A DNA stretch of 64,000 nt from a virus: IMG/VR virus record IMGVR_UViG_3300008265_000001. One strand, written 5' to 3'. Of this stretch, positions 10,225 through 18,843 are shown in pieces. How positions within the stretch are numbered: the stretch's first letter is position 1; each line of letters starts with the position of its first letter. A program made the position numbers and the translations under genes. The notes beneath the pieces are model-generated. The model saw nothing but the letters and a program-made list of their open reading frames with translations. It did no database searches and was not told the DNA's origin.

Positions 10225-10806
10225 TTACGACTTCGATTCAAGCCGACCAACAAATACCGCTTCATTCTTGCTTCGTGACTCCACTGGAACTCGGATATCA
10301 AGTACACCACCCTCGTAGCTCAACACAGGTGCTGAAGTGGCAATTAGATAGCTGGGAATCTTGCTAGAGAATTTCCCTTTACCTGCACGTTCAGTCCAAG
10401 TAAATTCAAGCTTGTTGTCTTTGGTGAGTGTAGCAGTCGCTGAAGTTTTATCGAGGTCGAAGATGCCTAGAGAGACATAGAATTGATTGTCATACTGGTT
10501 TTCAATGTAATCCCCTGCTTTTCTAGCAGTCAGTAAGACATCGTTGTGGAAGATAGTTACAGGCTCAAGAAACTTCTCTACTTCAGCATTACGAGCAGCG
10601 ATTTTAGCGGAAAGCTTTTCAACAAACTCTTTACCAGCAGTTTTATCTGTCTGGTATCGTTTACCCACGCATTTGTAGTTCTCGTTAGGATTGGGGCTAG
10701 GTAAATCTAGCTCCTGAAAAGCTTTGTTGATTTTGACGGCTGCATTAACAAACTCAGGGTTAACAGCAACACCAATTAGGTCAGAAAGATAAAAACTGTT
10801 GGGCAT
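10225..10806 (-). CDS. hypothetical protein
   Basis: 193-aa ORF in the array. Confidence 0.65.
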   Translation of the reverse strand: MPNSFYLSDLIGVAVNPEFVNAAVKINKAFQELDLPSPNPNENYKCVGKRYQTDKTAGKEFVEKLSAKIAARNAEVEKFLEPVTIFHNDVLLTARKAGDYIENQYDNQFYVSLGIFDLDKTSATATLTKDNKLEFTWTERAGKGKFSSKIPSYLIATSAPVLSYEGGVLDIRVPVESRSKNEAVFVGRLESKS

Positions 10807-10815
10807 AATTATTAG

Positions 10816-11223
10816 TTATTCAGGAAATGCTGCGAAATCGTCATGTACAAGATTGATATTTTCAGTATCGCTTACAGTTGGTTCTGGTGCAATACTTCTT
10901 GGGGTAGGTTTTACCGTCTTTGTGGTAGCGGCTTTCCGAATACGCTTCTCTGTGACGACAGGAGGAGGTGTTTGTTGCTCTTGCACAGGCTCTGGCGCAG
11001 CTTCCAGTGCGCGGAATGCAGAAAGAGAGTTCTGTACCACGTTCAGACGATTTCGTAAGTGCCCTTCACGACTCTTGGCTTCGGCTATATCGAGTAGTTC
11101 ATTTATCAGGTGGGACTCTTCAGCTTCGAGCACAATTATTAAGGTATTGGCTTGTGGCAATACTTCTAGGTCTTGCTGCGTTTGTGGACGAGTGTAGCGC
11201 TTAGTGCTTGTTAGTAGTGACAT
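10816..11223 (-). CDS. hypothetical protein
   Basis: 135-aa ORF. Confidence 0.6.
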   Translation of the reverse strand: MSLLTSTKRYTRPQTQQDLEVLPQANTLIIVLEAEESHLINELLDIAEAKSREGHLRNRLNVVQNSLSAFRALEAAPEPVQEQQTPPPVVTEKRIRKAATTKTVKPTPRSIAPEPTVSDTENINLVHDDFAAFPE

Positions 11224-11815
11224 TTGTTGTTTTTGGTTTACGTGTTGTGCTGGTACGGCGATTCAAGTCCTCGTAAGGATTCTTGATTTTTTCGTTCTCT
11301 TGTTCGGCTAGCGCTTCGTTGAGCCAATCATACTGAGAGGCATCCATATCTTCATCATCATTGTAATGCGAATAGTCGAGGAAGTTATATCCTTTGCCAC
11401 TTTTCAGGTCGAAGCTGACCCAAAATTCGTCTAACGACTCAGCAGAAAAGAATGTTTGGGGCGACAGTAGGATAGCGCTGTGATGGTCAAGTCCGAACTC
11501 TTGACGAAACTTTGCCCCCTTTTTAGATTGGATAAACTCTTTGACGGCTTGGTAATCGAGCCATCCAAAAGTGAAGTATACAGCTACTTTTCTACCGTAG
11601 ATTTGTAGAATGGTGTTGTATGCAGCCAACTCCTCCCAAGTTGTTGCTTCGTTGAGGTCGAATCTGTCGCGCTTGAATTTCTCAACTGCTTTGGGCAAGT
11701 TAATATAGCACCAGTTGCGGAGCTTGTCGATGTCAAGGCGTTTTAGCTTGATTTGTGGGTAATCTAGTTGCCGAATGAGGCTGCTGACTCGAAGTCTAAT
11801 GTCATGTTTTACCAT
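11201..11815 (-). CDS. hypothetical protein
   Basis: 204-aa ORF. Confidence 0.65.
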   Translation of the reverse strand: MVKHDIRLRVSSLIRQLDYPQIKLKRLDIDKLRNWCYINLPKAVEKFKRDRFDLNEATTWEELAAYNTILQIYGRKVAVYFTFGWLDYQAVKEFIQSKKGAKFRQEFGLDHHSAILLSPQTFFSAESLDEFWVSFDLKSGKGYNFLDYSHYNDDEDMDASQYDWLNEALAEQENEKIKNPYEDLNRRTSTTRKPKTTNVTTNKH

Positions 11816-11916
11816 TAAGACTTGTTGCTCCCGTCAGTACCTACAAGCCAAATAATCAACTGACATACAGCTACAGTACCGAAAGTTGCAATGAGAAATA
11901 CTATGAAATTAAACAT
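11815..11916 (-). CDS. small membrane protein (33 aa)
   Basis: MFNFIVFLIATFGTVAVCQLIIWLVGTDGSNKS. It has a TAATG overlap with the next gene. Confidence 0.4.
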   Translation of the reverse strand: MFNFIVFLIATFGTVAVCQLIIWLVGTDGSNKS

Positions 11917-11970
11917 AGAAAAATTACACGATGTTTACTGTTCTCAAGCTAACATCATGTAACTGTGGAT

Positions 11971-11982
11971 TGTATCTATCTA
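11971..11982 (-). promoter_or_regulatory. class-1 promoter-like motif (minus: TAGATAGATACA)
   Basis: Ends 54 nt upstream of the ATG at 11916. Confidence 0.4.
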
Positions 11983-11992
11983 GAGGAATAGA

Positions 11993-12931
11993 TTATAGAA
12001 GCTTAGGTTTGGTTAATACAGTTGGTTTAGGAATTTCACCTTCAATAGTGAAGTCAGCAGCGTTGAATTTTGGTGTGCCAAATGAATCTAGTTCACCAGA
12101 GTAGTTGTAGACCAGCTTTAGAGGCGGGTTCATGGGTGAATTATTGTTGCACGACCCTATAGGTTTATATTTTATAGTGCCGTTACCAAATTCAATAATC
12201 TGTTTAGCAGCTTCAATGTGAGATTCTTCGTTGTAAATATGAGCGTCACCAAATACCCAAGTGAGTGAGCCAACTTTTAAATTGCTGTGGAAAGCGAAGT
12301 AAGTAAGCAAAGCCCAGTATTGTACGATATTTGCCTGAAAACCAAGTAACATATCTTGACTTCTGGCATAATGTTTGATGTGCAATTCACCGTTTACAAC
12401 AAAGAACTGAAGTACTGTGGAATGGCAACAACTTGGGGTTTGAGGGTTATTGTTGGTCTTCGTAATGTTAGCCATCTCTCCTGTGTTCCAAGATGTCAGA
12501 ACTAAGCGGCGGGAGTGTTGGTGATTTTTTAAGCCGTCGAGAATGTAAGCGATTTGGTCAAAACCATCTAGGTCGTACTCATTCATCCCATGCTCATCTC
12601 TGCCATAGGTTGTAGTAGTTTGGTTACGAAATTGTTCAGCATACCCGTTTATGTAGTTGCCGTCCTTGTTAAGTTGTCCAGCCCACCACTTAGATAACTT
12701 CTCAGGGCATTTGAGGCTACCAGACATGAACCACTCCATCTCGGTCAGCGCGAGTTTCCATGCTGTCTTGCGGATAGTGATTAGCGGTAGAGAGTCAAAT
12801 GTTACGTTATCAAGAAAGGGATTGCAGTAGCACGAATGGTTACGTGTTTCGACCACGTTATTGAGTCTCAAAATGTCTTGCAGTAGAAAAGCGTAGGTGA
12901 GGTCGGCGGAAGTGTAGTTAGTTGTTGTCAT
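11993..12931 (-). CDS. divergent ThyA-family enzyme (thymidylate synthase or dUMP hydroxymethylase)
   Basis: Catalytic SCCH...LQFFV, RSQDMLLG, Asn in QANIVQY (dUMP-type specificity) and GDAHIYN. The N-terminal dRTG motif is not conserved. Confidence 0.6.
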   Translation of the reverse strand: MTTTNYTSADLTYAFLLQDILRLNNVVETRNHSCYCNPFLDNVTFDSLPLITIRKTAWKLALTEMEWFMSGSLKCPEKLSKWWAGQLNKDGNYINGYAEQFRNQTTTTYGRDEHGMNEYDLDGFDQIAYILDGLKNHQHSRRLVLTSWNTGEMANITKTNNNPQTPSCCHSTVLQFFVVNGELHIKHYARSQDMLLGFQANIVQYWALLTYFAFHSNLKVGSLTWVFGDAHIYNEESHIEAAKQIIEFGNGTIKYKPIGSCNNNSPMNPPLKLVYNYSGELDSFGTPKFNAADFTIEGEIPKPTVLTKPKLL

Positions 12932-13193
12932 GGTTTTCCCAGCTTATTTCGTAAATTTTACAGTTAGATTCACATCTCGTACCCATATCTGTGATAGTGT
13001 AACCCAAGTCTTGTAAGCGAACTTTAGTTTCATCTAAAAGATATTCGCCTCGCAAAGTAGTATAAACAACACTATTTTGCCCTTCACTCTGTAATTGGAA
13101 GAATAAGGCAGACAAATATTTTAGGCTATTGATTCTGTCTTTAGTTTCAAGTTTGGGGATATCTCTAACCGCACTCGCTGATAGTATTTGCAT
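12918..13193 (-). CDS. hypothetical protein
   Basis: Start moved to the ATG at 13193, which is preceded by GAGGAGAGG. Confidence 0.55.
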   Translation of the reverse strand: MQILSASAVRDIPKLETKDRINSLKYLSALFFQLQSEGQNSVVYTTLRGEYLLDETKVRLQDLGYTITDMGTRCESNCKIYEISWENHDNN

Positions 13194-13659
13194 CGCCTCT
13201 CCTCTGTTGTAGTAATGTACGTCTTGCTTCAAGGTGGTTCAATAACCATCGATATTTGCGGCTTTCGTCAACCACATTTCCATCAGAGTCTACGTGATAG
13301 TACAGAAAAGGAAGTTCTGAGTCAGTGAACTCCTCTTGCCAGTATTCGCTCCACTTGATTTTTTGGTCGAGCGCCTTTTTGATTTTGGCTTGAAGCTCGG
13401 CTGCGGGTAATTGCTGTTTTTTAGGTAGCGCAGTGAGTTGAGTAGCAAGAAGTTCAGTTTCCCAATCGTGGACACGGTTAAGGCGGCTATCTTCTTTGCA
13501 AGTTAGATGATACCAGTAAGCGGCAACACATAGGAATCTCCCTTCAGGCATATTTAATTCGCAGAGAGTGCGGTGTGAAAGAAATTTGCCTAGAAAAGTC
13601 GCGCCCTTAGCCCAAACATTAATATGCCCAACACCATCAAGTTTAGGGTTAATTGCCAT
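13165..13659 (-). CDS. conserved phage protein, tandem paralog 1
   Basis: Shares DG..HIN...KGAT.LG.FL...PEG.F...YWY.LT...QAKIKKA.D.KIK.S.YW.EEFT.SELPF...KYRW..NH.EARRTLL with the next gene. Confidence 0.65.
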   Translation of the reverse strand: MAINPKLDGVGHINVWAKGATFLGKFLSHRTLCELNMPEGRFLCVAAYWYHLTCKEDSRLNRVHDWETELLATQLTALPKKQQLPAAELQAKIKKALDQKIKWSEYWQEEFTDSELPFLYYHVDSDGNVVDESRKYRWLLNHLEARRTLLQQRRGDANTISECG

Positions 13660-14113
13660 TTCTTTTCTGCCTCTCTTTCAGTAATGTGCGTCGTGCTTCC
13701 CAGTGATTCATAATCCATCGGTATTTATCTGTAACGTCCTTCACGACACCTTTGAACACATAATAATGAACAAAAGGTAATTCAGATTTGGTAAACTCTT
13801 CAAGCCAATAAGGACTAGATTTGATTTTCAAGTCCATAGCCTTTTTGATTTTGGCTTGGAACTCTTCTTGTGGTACTTTTACTTGGGTTAACATCATCCC
13901 CAAATTCTTCGCATCAAAGCCTGACAAATGAAATAATTCAGAGGACTTTTCTTTGGTCGTTAAGTAATACCAGTATCCCTCTAAAGATTGGAATGTACCT
14001 TCAGGAAGTACAAGTTCATGTCTTGCAAAGTTCGTAAGAAATCTGCCAAGAGGAGTAGCACCTTTAGAATAGATATTAATGTGGGTCTTGCCGTCGAGTG
14101 TAGGGTCAATCAT
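13649..14113 (-). CDS. conserved phage protein, tandem paralog 2
   Basis: Paralog of 13165-13659. The track start is GTG at 14125. The ATG at 14113 (MIDPTLDGKTHIN) aligns with the paralog start. Confidence 0.65.
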   Translation of the reverse strand: MIDPTLDGKTHINIYSKGATPLGRFLTNFARHELVLPEGTFQSLEGYWYYLTTKEKSSELFHLSGFDAKNLGMMLTQVKVPQEEFQAKIKKAMDLKIKSSPYWLEEFTKSELPFVHYYVFKGVVKDVTDKYRWIMNHWEARRTLLKERQKRNGN

Positions 14114-14253
14114 GTTAGTAAGCACTTACAAATTAAATCACCAAAAGAATCGTAAATTTCGACAAAATCGCCTACGACTTGTGCGGTATTTTTATGTTTA
14201 GTACCAAAGTCAATTGATGCAGGTTTTTGAAGAATTATATTTCGGTCAGACAT
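14110..14253 (-). CDS. small protein (47 aa)
   Basis: An AAGGTGA Shine-Dalgarno (SD) sequence lies upstream, and the ORF has an ATGA overlap with the next gene. Confidence 0.45.
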   Translation of the reverse strand: MSDRNIILQKPASIDFGTKHKNTAQVVGDFVEIYDSFGDLICKCLLT

Positions 14254-14355
14254 AATTCACCTTTTGGTGGAAGCGATAGTTGAAGAATGTCATATTGTCA
14301 CTATAAATAAAAAGAGGGATAATAGCATCCCTCTCAAGTTGTAAATATAAAAATC

Positions 14356-15087
14356 TTAGACGTAGTTCGGTAAATTTTCGTTAGCTTGCTCGAAAAACGC
14401 TGGCATCCGAGATTTACGTGTTTCAACTAGCTCAGGGGCTACTCCACGATACAGTAGCGAATCACTTTGGCGAATCCAAAAATCCTTGCTAGCATGATTA
14501 AGGTTAGCTGCTGCGGTTACTTCACCAACCTTGTCCACCATCCAAGCGACAGTAGTTTTACGAAGACGGTCAAGATTAGCGGTTAAGTCGATACCCATAT
14601 CTTTGCAGAAAAGAGAATTGGTAACAACATGAATCTGTTCATCCATTGAGATGTCACTAGAAACGGTTCTAAGGGCGCTGTTACCTAGAAAACGTAGGAT
14701 AGGGAGCAGGACAAAAAATACAGAGCGCTCAAGCACCATAGCCTTGAGTACAGGATGTTCGGGAGCATTTACCCAAGCATTGACGATGGCGGCTGCTTCT
14801 TTGTCATAGTTCGGCAGTTTACCACCGAATGAGTCTGCGGCGAATTGCAGTGCTTGGTCATGGCGAATCTCGTCAACAATATTGCTTTCAAGAAGTTCGA
14901 GGCTATTTGCAGGGATTTCCTTCTTAGTAGCAGCTTCGATAAAGTTACCAACAGGGATTTCGAGCGCTCTTAGGGACAAGGCTCTGGCAAGTACATCTTC
15001 AGCCCCTTCCACTACGGGTTCATAAGTTGGGCGAACAGGTGTCCATTTGCGTTTTTTGGTGAGTAGGTCGGTGTAATTAGAAGTCAT
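14356..15087 (-). CDS. nrdB: ribonucleotide reductase small (beta) subunit, compact ferritin-like di-metal protein
   Basis: Two ExxH motifs (VDEIRHD, MDEQIHV) plus ERSVFF. The ATG at 15087 lies 5 nt after the alpha-subunit stop. Confidence 0.65.
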   Translation of the reverse strand: MTSNYTDLLTKKRKWTPVRPTYEPVVEGAEDVLARALSLRALEIPVGNFIEAATKKEIPANSLELLESNIVDEIRHDQALQFAADSFGGKLPNYDKEAAAIVNAWVNAPEHPVLKAMVLERSVFFVLLPILRFLGNSALRTVSSDISMDEQIHVVTNSLFCKDMGIDLTANLDRLRKTTVAWMVDKVGEVTAAANLNHASKDFWIRQSDSLLYRGVAPELVETRKSRMPAFFEQANENLPNYV

Positions 15088-15091
15088 GGCG

Positions 15092-16801
15092 TTATTCCGA
15101 GCAAGATGTGCAGTGTGTACGAGAAGATTCAGCAGATGGTTCAAAACCGAATAGAGAAAAGTCAATAATTTCGCCACTAGGGACAGCAAAAGAACTTTTA
15201 TTTTGTGTGTCGGGCATTACTGGTAAAGAATAGTAAAGCGACTTGATTGGACTATCGAGGAAATCTTGGATGAATTGTTGGTCGGCATAAATTATGTCGC
15301 TCCACCAGTTCATGCTAATCGAGTGACCAAGACCTGTTGAGTCCATCAAGCGTTGGAAATAGCTGTTCAACTTAAAGAAGGTTTCCCAGCCTACTTCGGC
15401 AGCGATTTCAGTCTTGGGGTGATAGTCGTAGCTCTTGACACCAAAAGTAGCAGAGTCTCGTTCTACTAAACGATTGATTGGAGGTGCAATTTCGGGGGCA
15501 GTCGTGTATCCTTCACGGTCTACATAGTTATAAGAGCAAGTTGCCGTCGGTGCGATAGTGAATGCGCGTTCCATTCCATAAAGTTTTGCAATTTCAGCTC
15601 CTTGGTGATACCCCGATACAAGATTTTCAACAATTTTTAAAGCTTTGGCATTTACTGTTGGTTCATAGTATAGAAAGGAGTCAGAAAAGAAGTACTCAAA
15701 AGCTTCTACAAACTCTTTGTAACTTACCTCTTCAATAGCCAGTAGATTAGCCAAACCAAGGAAGCCGTAACCAATCTGACGGTCTTCTTCTGGTTTAAGG
15801 TAAATTCCAGAGTCGCCAACACCTGTAATTGCGTGAAGTTGGCATAGGATTTCTACACCTTCTTTCATTACTTGAGGAATCTCTTCGATGGTACAAGCGC
15901 CAAGATTTCCGTGCATTAACAAACACGTTGCTTTGTGTTTTATTGCGATTTCAAGGCAAACTTGCAGATAGATTCGTTCGCCCTTAGCGTCGTACAACTT
16001 CTTAACAAGCCAAACATCACCACCTTGCATTTTCTCGATTAAGTCAGCGAGAATTTCAGGATGAGAAGTAATGAGATGTTCATCAACATTGAGAGCGCGT
16101 TTTGCCCATGAGACTTGTTCGCGAGTCATGTTTAAAAACTCGGAAACGTATGGGTAGTCATAGTCGTAATGGAGTGTGATTGCACCATTTTTGAAGATGC
16201 CTCCACGACGAAGTACCTGATTTAGAGTGCTGTAGACACCAGAAAGAGTGGTCAGTGAAGTATCGGAAATGTAAGCGTATAGTGCAGAATAAATCGCCTT
16301 GAAGCTGCTTGCACCAGAAGCGGTCAATCCTTGTGGGTTAGTGGTTCCTTTTTTGCGTAGGCGGCTCAAATCGACGACAACAAATTTATCGCCAGAGTAG
16401 TTAAGGAACGCCAACCAAGAGTTCTCAATTGACAAAATATTATCTTTACCTTGTTCCATCGAATCAGCAACAGAAATTACATACTCGTATGATTTGGGGG
16501 GTGTAGTTAATTCTTCGTAAGAGGCATCATAATCACCAGAGCAGTTCTCACCCAGATAAACGCGCCAGCTAAACTTACGATTGATTGGAACGATATTTTC
16601 AGGTAAATGAATCGCCACACCTGCCGCATTGCGTAACGCCTTCGAGGTGAAAATGAAGCTTTCGTCGATGTTGTTGTCGTCGCACACAAACACTGTACAG
16701 CTAACTGGTAAGCGTGAGCCGCTATTCTTCATCCAGTCTTTGATTCTGCCTGTCACAGCCTGTTTTTCCCATGTCGGGAACTTAGTAATATCTAAAGTCA
16801 C
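15092..16801 (-). CDS. nrdA: ribonucleotide reductase large (alpha) subunit, class I-like, no ATP-cone
   Basis: Active-site loop GNLGACTIEEI, YY pair in KSLYYSLP and C-terminal CTSC pair. GTG start. Confidence 0.75.
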   Translation of the reverse strand: MTLDITKFPTWEKQAVTGRIKDWMKNSGSRLPVSCTVFVCDDNNIDESFIFTSKALRNAAGVAIHLPENIVPINRKFSWRVYLGENCSGDYDASYEELTTPPKSYEYVISVADSMEQGKDNILSIENSWLAFLNYSGDKFVVVDLSRLRKKGTTNPQGLTASGASSFKAIYSALYAYISDTSLTTLSGVYSTLNQVLRRGGIFKNGAITLHYDYDYPYVSEFLNMTREQVSWAKRALNVDEHLITSHPEILADLIEKMQGGDVWLVKKLYDAKGERIYLQVCLEIAIKHKATCLLMHGNLGACTIEEIPQVMKEGVEILCQLHAITGVGDSGIYLKPEEDRQIGYGFLGLANLLAIEEVSYKEFVEAFEYFFSDSFLYYEPTVNAKALKIVENLVSGYHQGAEIAKLYGMERAFTIAPTATCSYNYVDREGYTTAPEIAPPINRLVERDSATFGVKSYDYHPKTEIAAEVGWETFFKLNSYFQRLMDSTGLGHSISMNWWSDIIYADQQFIQDFLDSPIKSLYYSLPVMPDTQNKSSFAVPSGEIIDFSLFGFEPSAESSRTHCTSCSE

Positions 16802-16865
16802 GTTGGATTTTCTCGTTTTAAGTTTTACAATTCTAGCATCTAAGCTTTCTTTTCTGCAAGCATTT

Positions 16866-17531
16866 TTAGAATGCAGCTAGGTCGTACTTTTCCTCTAGCC
16901 AGTCGAGGTGAGACTCATTGGTACTAGCCTCAAGTGATGCACGTTTCATACTGTAAGTCCAGTTGTCGATTTGCTCAGGATGAATCTTGAAATAATTATC
17001 ATCAGAGCTAAAATAAGCGTAGTCAGGAAACTTAGAGCGAACCTTTTCAATATATGGGTCGTCGTCTTGATAGTTAGGATGTACGCGCACAATAGACTTG
17101 TTGTTAACACCAGCGTCAAATTCAGGAGTTGTGCTGATTGTTCGGTGCTTATACCATGTTAGAGATAAGTTGACAGCAAAGGAACTTAAAACCGAATCGT
17201 GCGTCTTTTGTCCCATCATCATTAGTTGAACGGGAATAGCAGTGTCTAGAGGCTCAAAAATCACCTTAGTTTCAGGAGACTTGCCGTAGCCTATACCTAC
17301 TTCACCAAAATCTTTGTATCCGTCCAACTTGAACCCAACGTCTATCAACAAATCGTAGATTGTCTTAGTACTTCTGCCACCAGCATAGAAATAAACATCA
17401 AGGTCAGTAGCTTCTCGTCCTAGATACCAATCGCGAGGCGCTCCACCAGCAATAATGGCGTGGCGGTCAATTTGCTCAATCATTGCGAGAACTTGGTCAG
17501 CGTAAGCTTGTTGCAGTTTAATAATCGACAT
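16866..17531 (-). CDS. nucleotidyltransferase of the CCA-adding / poly(A) polymerase head-domain type
   Basis: IIAGGAPRDWYLGREATDLDVYF matches the GG.(V/P)RD...D.D signature. Confidence 0.6.
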   Translation of the reverse strand: MSIIKLQQAYADQVLAMIEQIDRHAIIAGGAPRDWYLGREATDLDVYFYAGGRSTKTIYDLLIDVGFKLDGYKDFGEVGIGYGKSPETKVIFEPLDTAIPVQLMMMGQKTHDSVLSSFAVNLSLTWYKHRTISTTPEFDAGVNNKSIVRVHPNYQDDDPYIEKVRSKFPDYAYFSSDDNYFKIHPEQIDNWTYSMKRASLEASTNESHLDWLEEKYDLAAF

Positions 17532-17585
17532 GACGTTCTCCTTTTGTGTGTAATTAATGTAATTGAATGTGCGAGGCTAGGGCAA

Positions 17586-17813
17586 CTATCTTAGGGGTGA
17601 GATTGTAAACTCGTCTTGGATAATCTCTACAAATTGAGAGTAAGGTTTATTAAGAAAAAGCACTTCCTTGACAAACTTGAAGGCATCTTCATAAGAGTCA
17701 AAGTTTATAGGAAAAGAAAAACCTTCCCAGTCTGACTGTGATTCAATCGTCTTCCAGTAGTACCACCAAAGGAATTTACGCTGCTCTAAGACAGTCCAGT
17801 GAGTTTTAGCCAA
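17586..17813 (-). CDS. hypothetical protein
   Basis: 75-aa ORF. Confidence 0.5.
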   Translation of the reverse strand: MAKTHWTVLEQRKFLWWYYWKTIESQSDWEGFSFPINFDSYEDAFKFVKEVLFLNKPYSQFVEIIQDEFTISPLR

Positions 17814-17865
17814 TTGACCATACTCGTCTCAATACTCGTTGCGAACAATGCGAAATAATTTCATG

Positions 17866-18072
17866 TTAGACCTCTTTTTTCAGTTGTAAGAACCAATTTT
17901 CAAGTATTTTGAACAGTTTGCGCTCTTGTTCAGGTGTCAACTGTGTTTTCGTCTCGATTTCAACGCGACTGTACGAGTAATTTGCATCTGGAGGAAACAG
18001 TCGAACGCCAATAGGTAGCCCGACTGTCGATTTTTGTGGTGTGCCGCGATATGAGCAGATAATTTTACTCAT
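17866..18072 (-). CDS. hypothetical protein
   Basis: Start trimmed to the ATG at 18072 (MSKIICSY). Confidence 0.5.
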   Translation of the reverse strand: MSKIICSYRGTPQKSTVGLPIGVRLFPPDANYSYSRVEIETKTQLTPEQERKLFKILENWFLQLKKEV

Positions 18073-18364
18073 TAGGCTTTGATTTACGAACTGAAGTTTT
18101 ACCGAGGATATATGCACCTTGAAATCCTTGCCCAAGAACCTCCCCAAGTTGCCTTACAAATTCAGGGTTTTGCAACATTTGGTGAATTTGAGGGGTATTT
18201 AGAATAGGAAGTACCTTGTTCTTGAAAAAGTCCCTAGCCATTTCACTAGCTACATAGTCTTGCTCAGAAATAGCTGAGGTGGAGGTTTTTACTTCGGCAA
18301 TACGCTTGCTAAGTACTGAAAAGTCGAGTTGGGATTCGGGCTGGTCGGGGGGTTCTGCTAGCAT
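18065..18364 (-). CDS. hypothetical protein
   Basis: Start trimmed to the ATG at 18364 (MLAEPPDQ). Confidence 0.5.
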   Translation of the reverse strand: MLAEPPDQPESQLDFSVLSKRIAEVKTSTSAISEQDYVASEMARDFFKNKVLPILNTPQIHQMLQNPEFVRQLGEVLGQGFQGAYILGKTSVRKSKPNE

Positions 18365-18414
18365 GGGTTTGTAGGTAGTATAATTGTTGTAAATAATAAC
18401 ACAGAAAAGAGAAT

Positions 18415-18837
18415 ATGCAACACTTTGCAAACTTTGAGCTAAGCCCAGAGCAAAAAAGAACTGCTGATAGTCTGAACTACCTTAGACAAAATGACCCAGA
18501 AGAATTTAATAGGGTAAAAACTGCTGGGCAAGCCGTCAGAAAAAGAAATCAGAATGTAAATGTGCCGATTATCCAAAAACAAGTAGCTGCTGGCGGAGAT
18601 GCGAAGGAGTTGTTTGCAAATAACCGCCAAAACTACAATCAGACGTTTACGAAAGCTACTAATGCAAATCAAGCGGCTGGGGCTATGGGCAAAATTGGCA
18701 ACACAGCTAAGCGTTGGGGTGGTAAGGTTGCTGGGCTTGGAGGAGCCGCAGTTACAGCCTCGATGCTGCTTCCTATGGCATCTTCCCTGCTTCCTTTTGG
18801 TAAAGGTCAGACTAAAGAAGAAAACCAACCCTATTAG
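18415..18837 (+). CDS. MQHFANF-leader protein with Gly/Ala-rich hydrophobic C-terminus
   Basis: 140 aa, on the opposite strand to its neighbours. A TATAAT-like box lies at ~18378. The N-terminus MQHFANF is shared with 60601, 62157 and 63943. Confidence 0.6.
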   Translation: MQHFANFELSPEQKRTADSLNYLRQNDPEEFNRVKTAGQAVRKRNQNVNVPIIQKQVAAGGDAKELFANNRQNYNQTFTKATNANQAAGAMGKIGNTAKRWGGKVAGLGGAAVTASMLLPMASSLLPFGKGQTKEENQPY

Positions 18838-18843
18838 ATTAAC

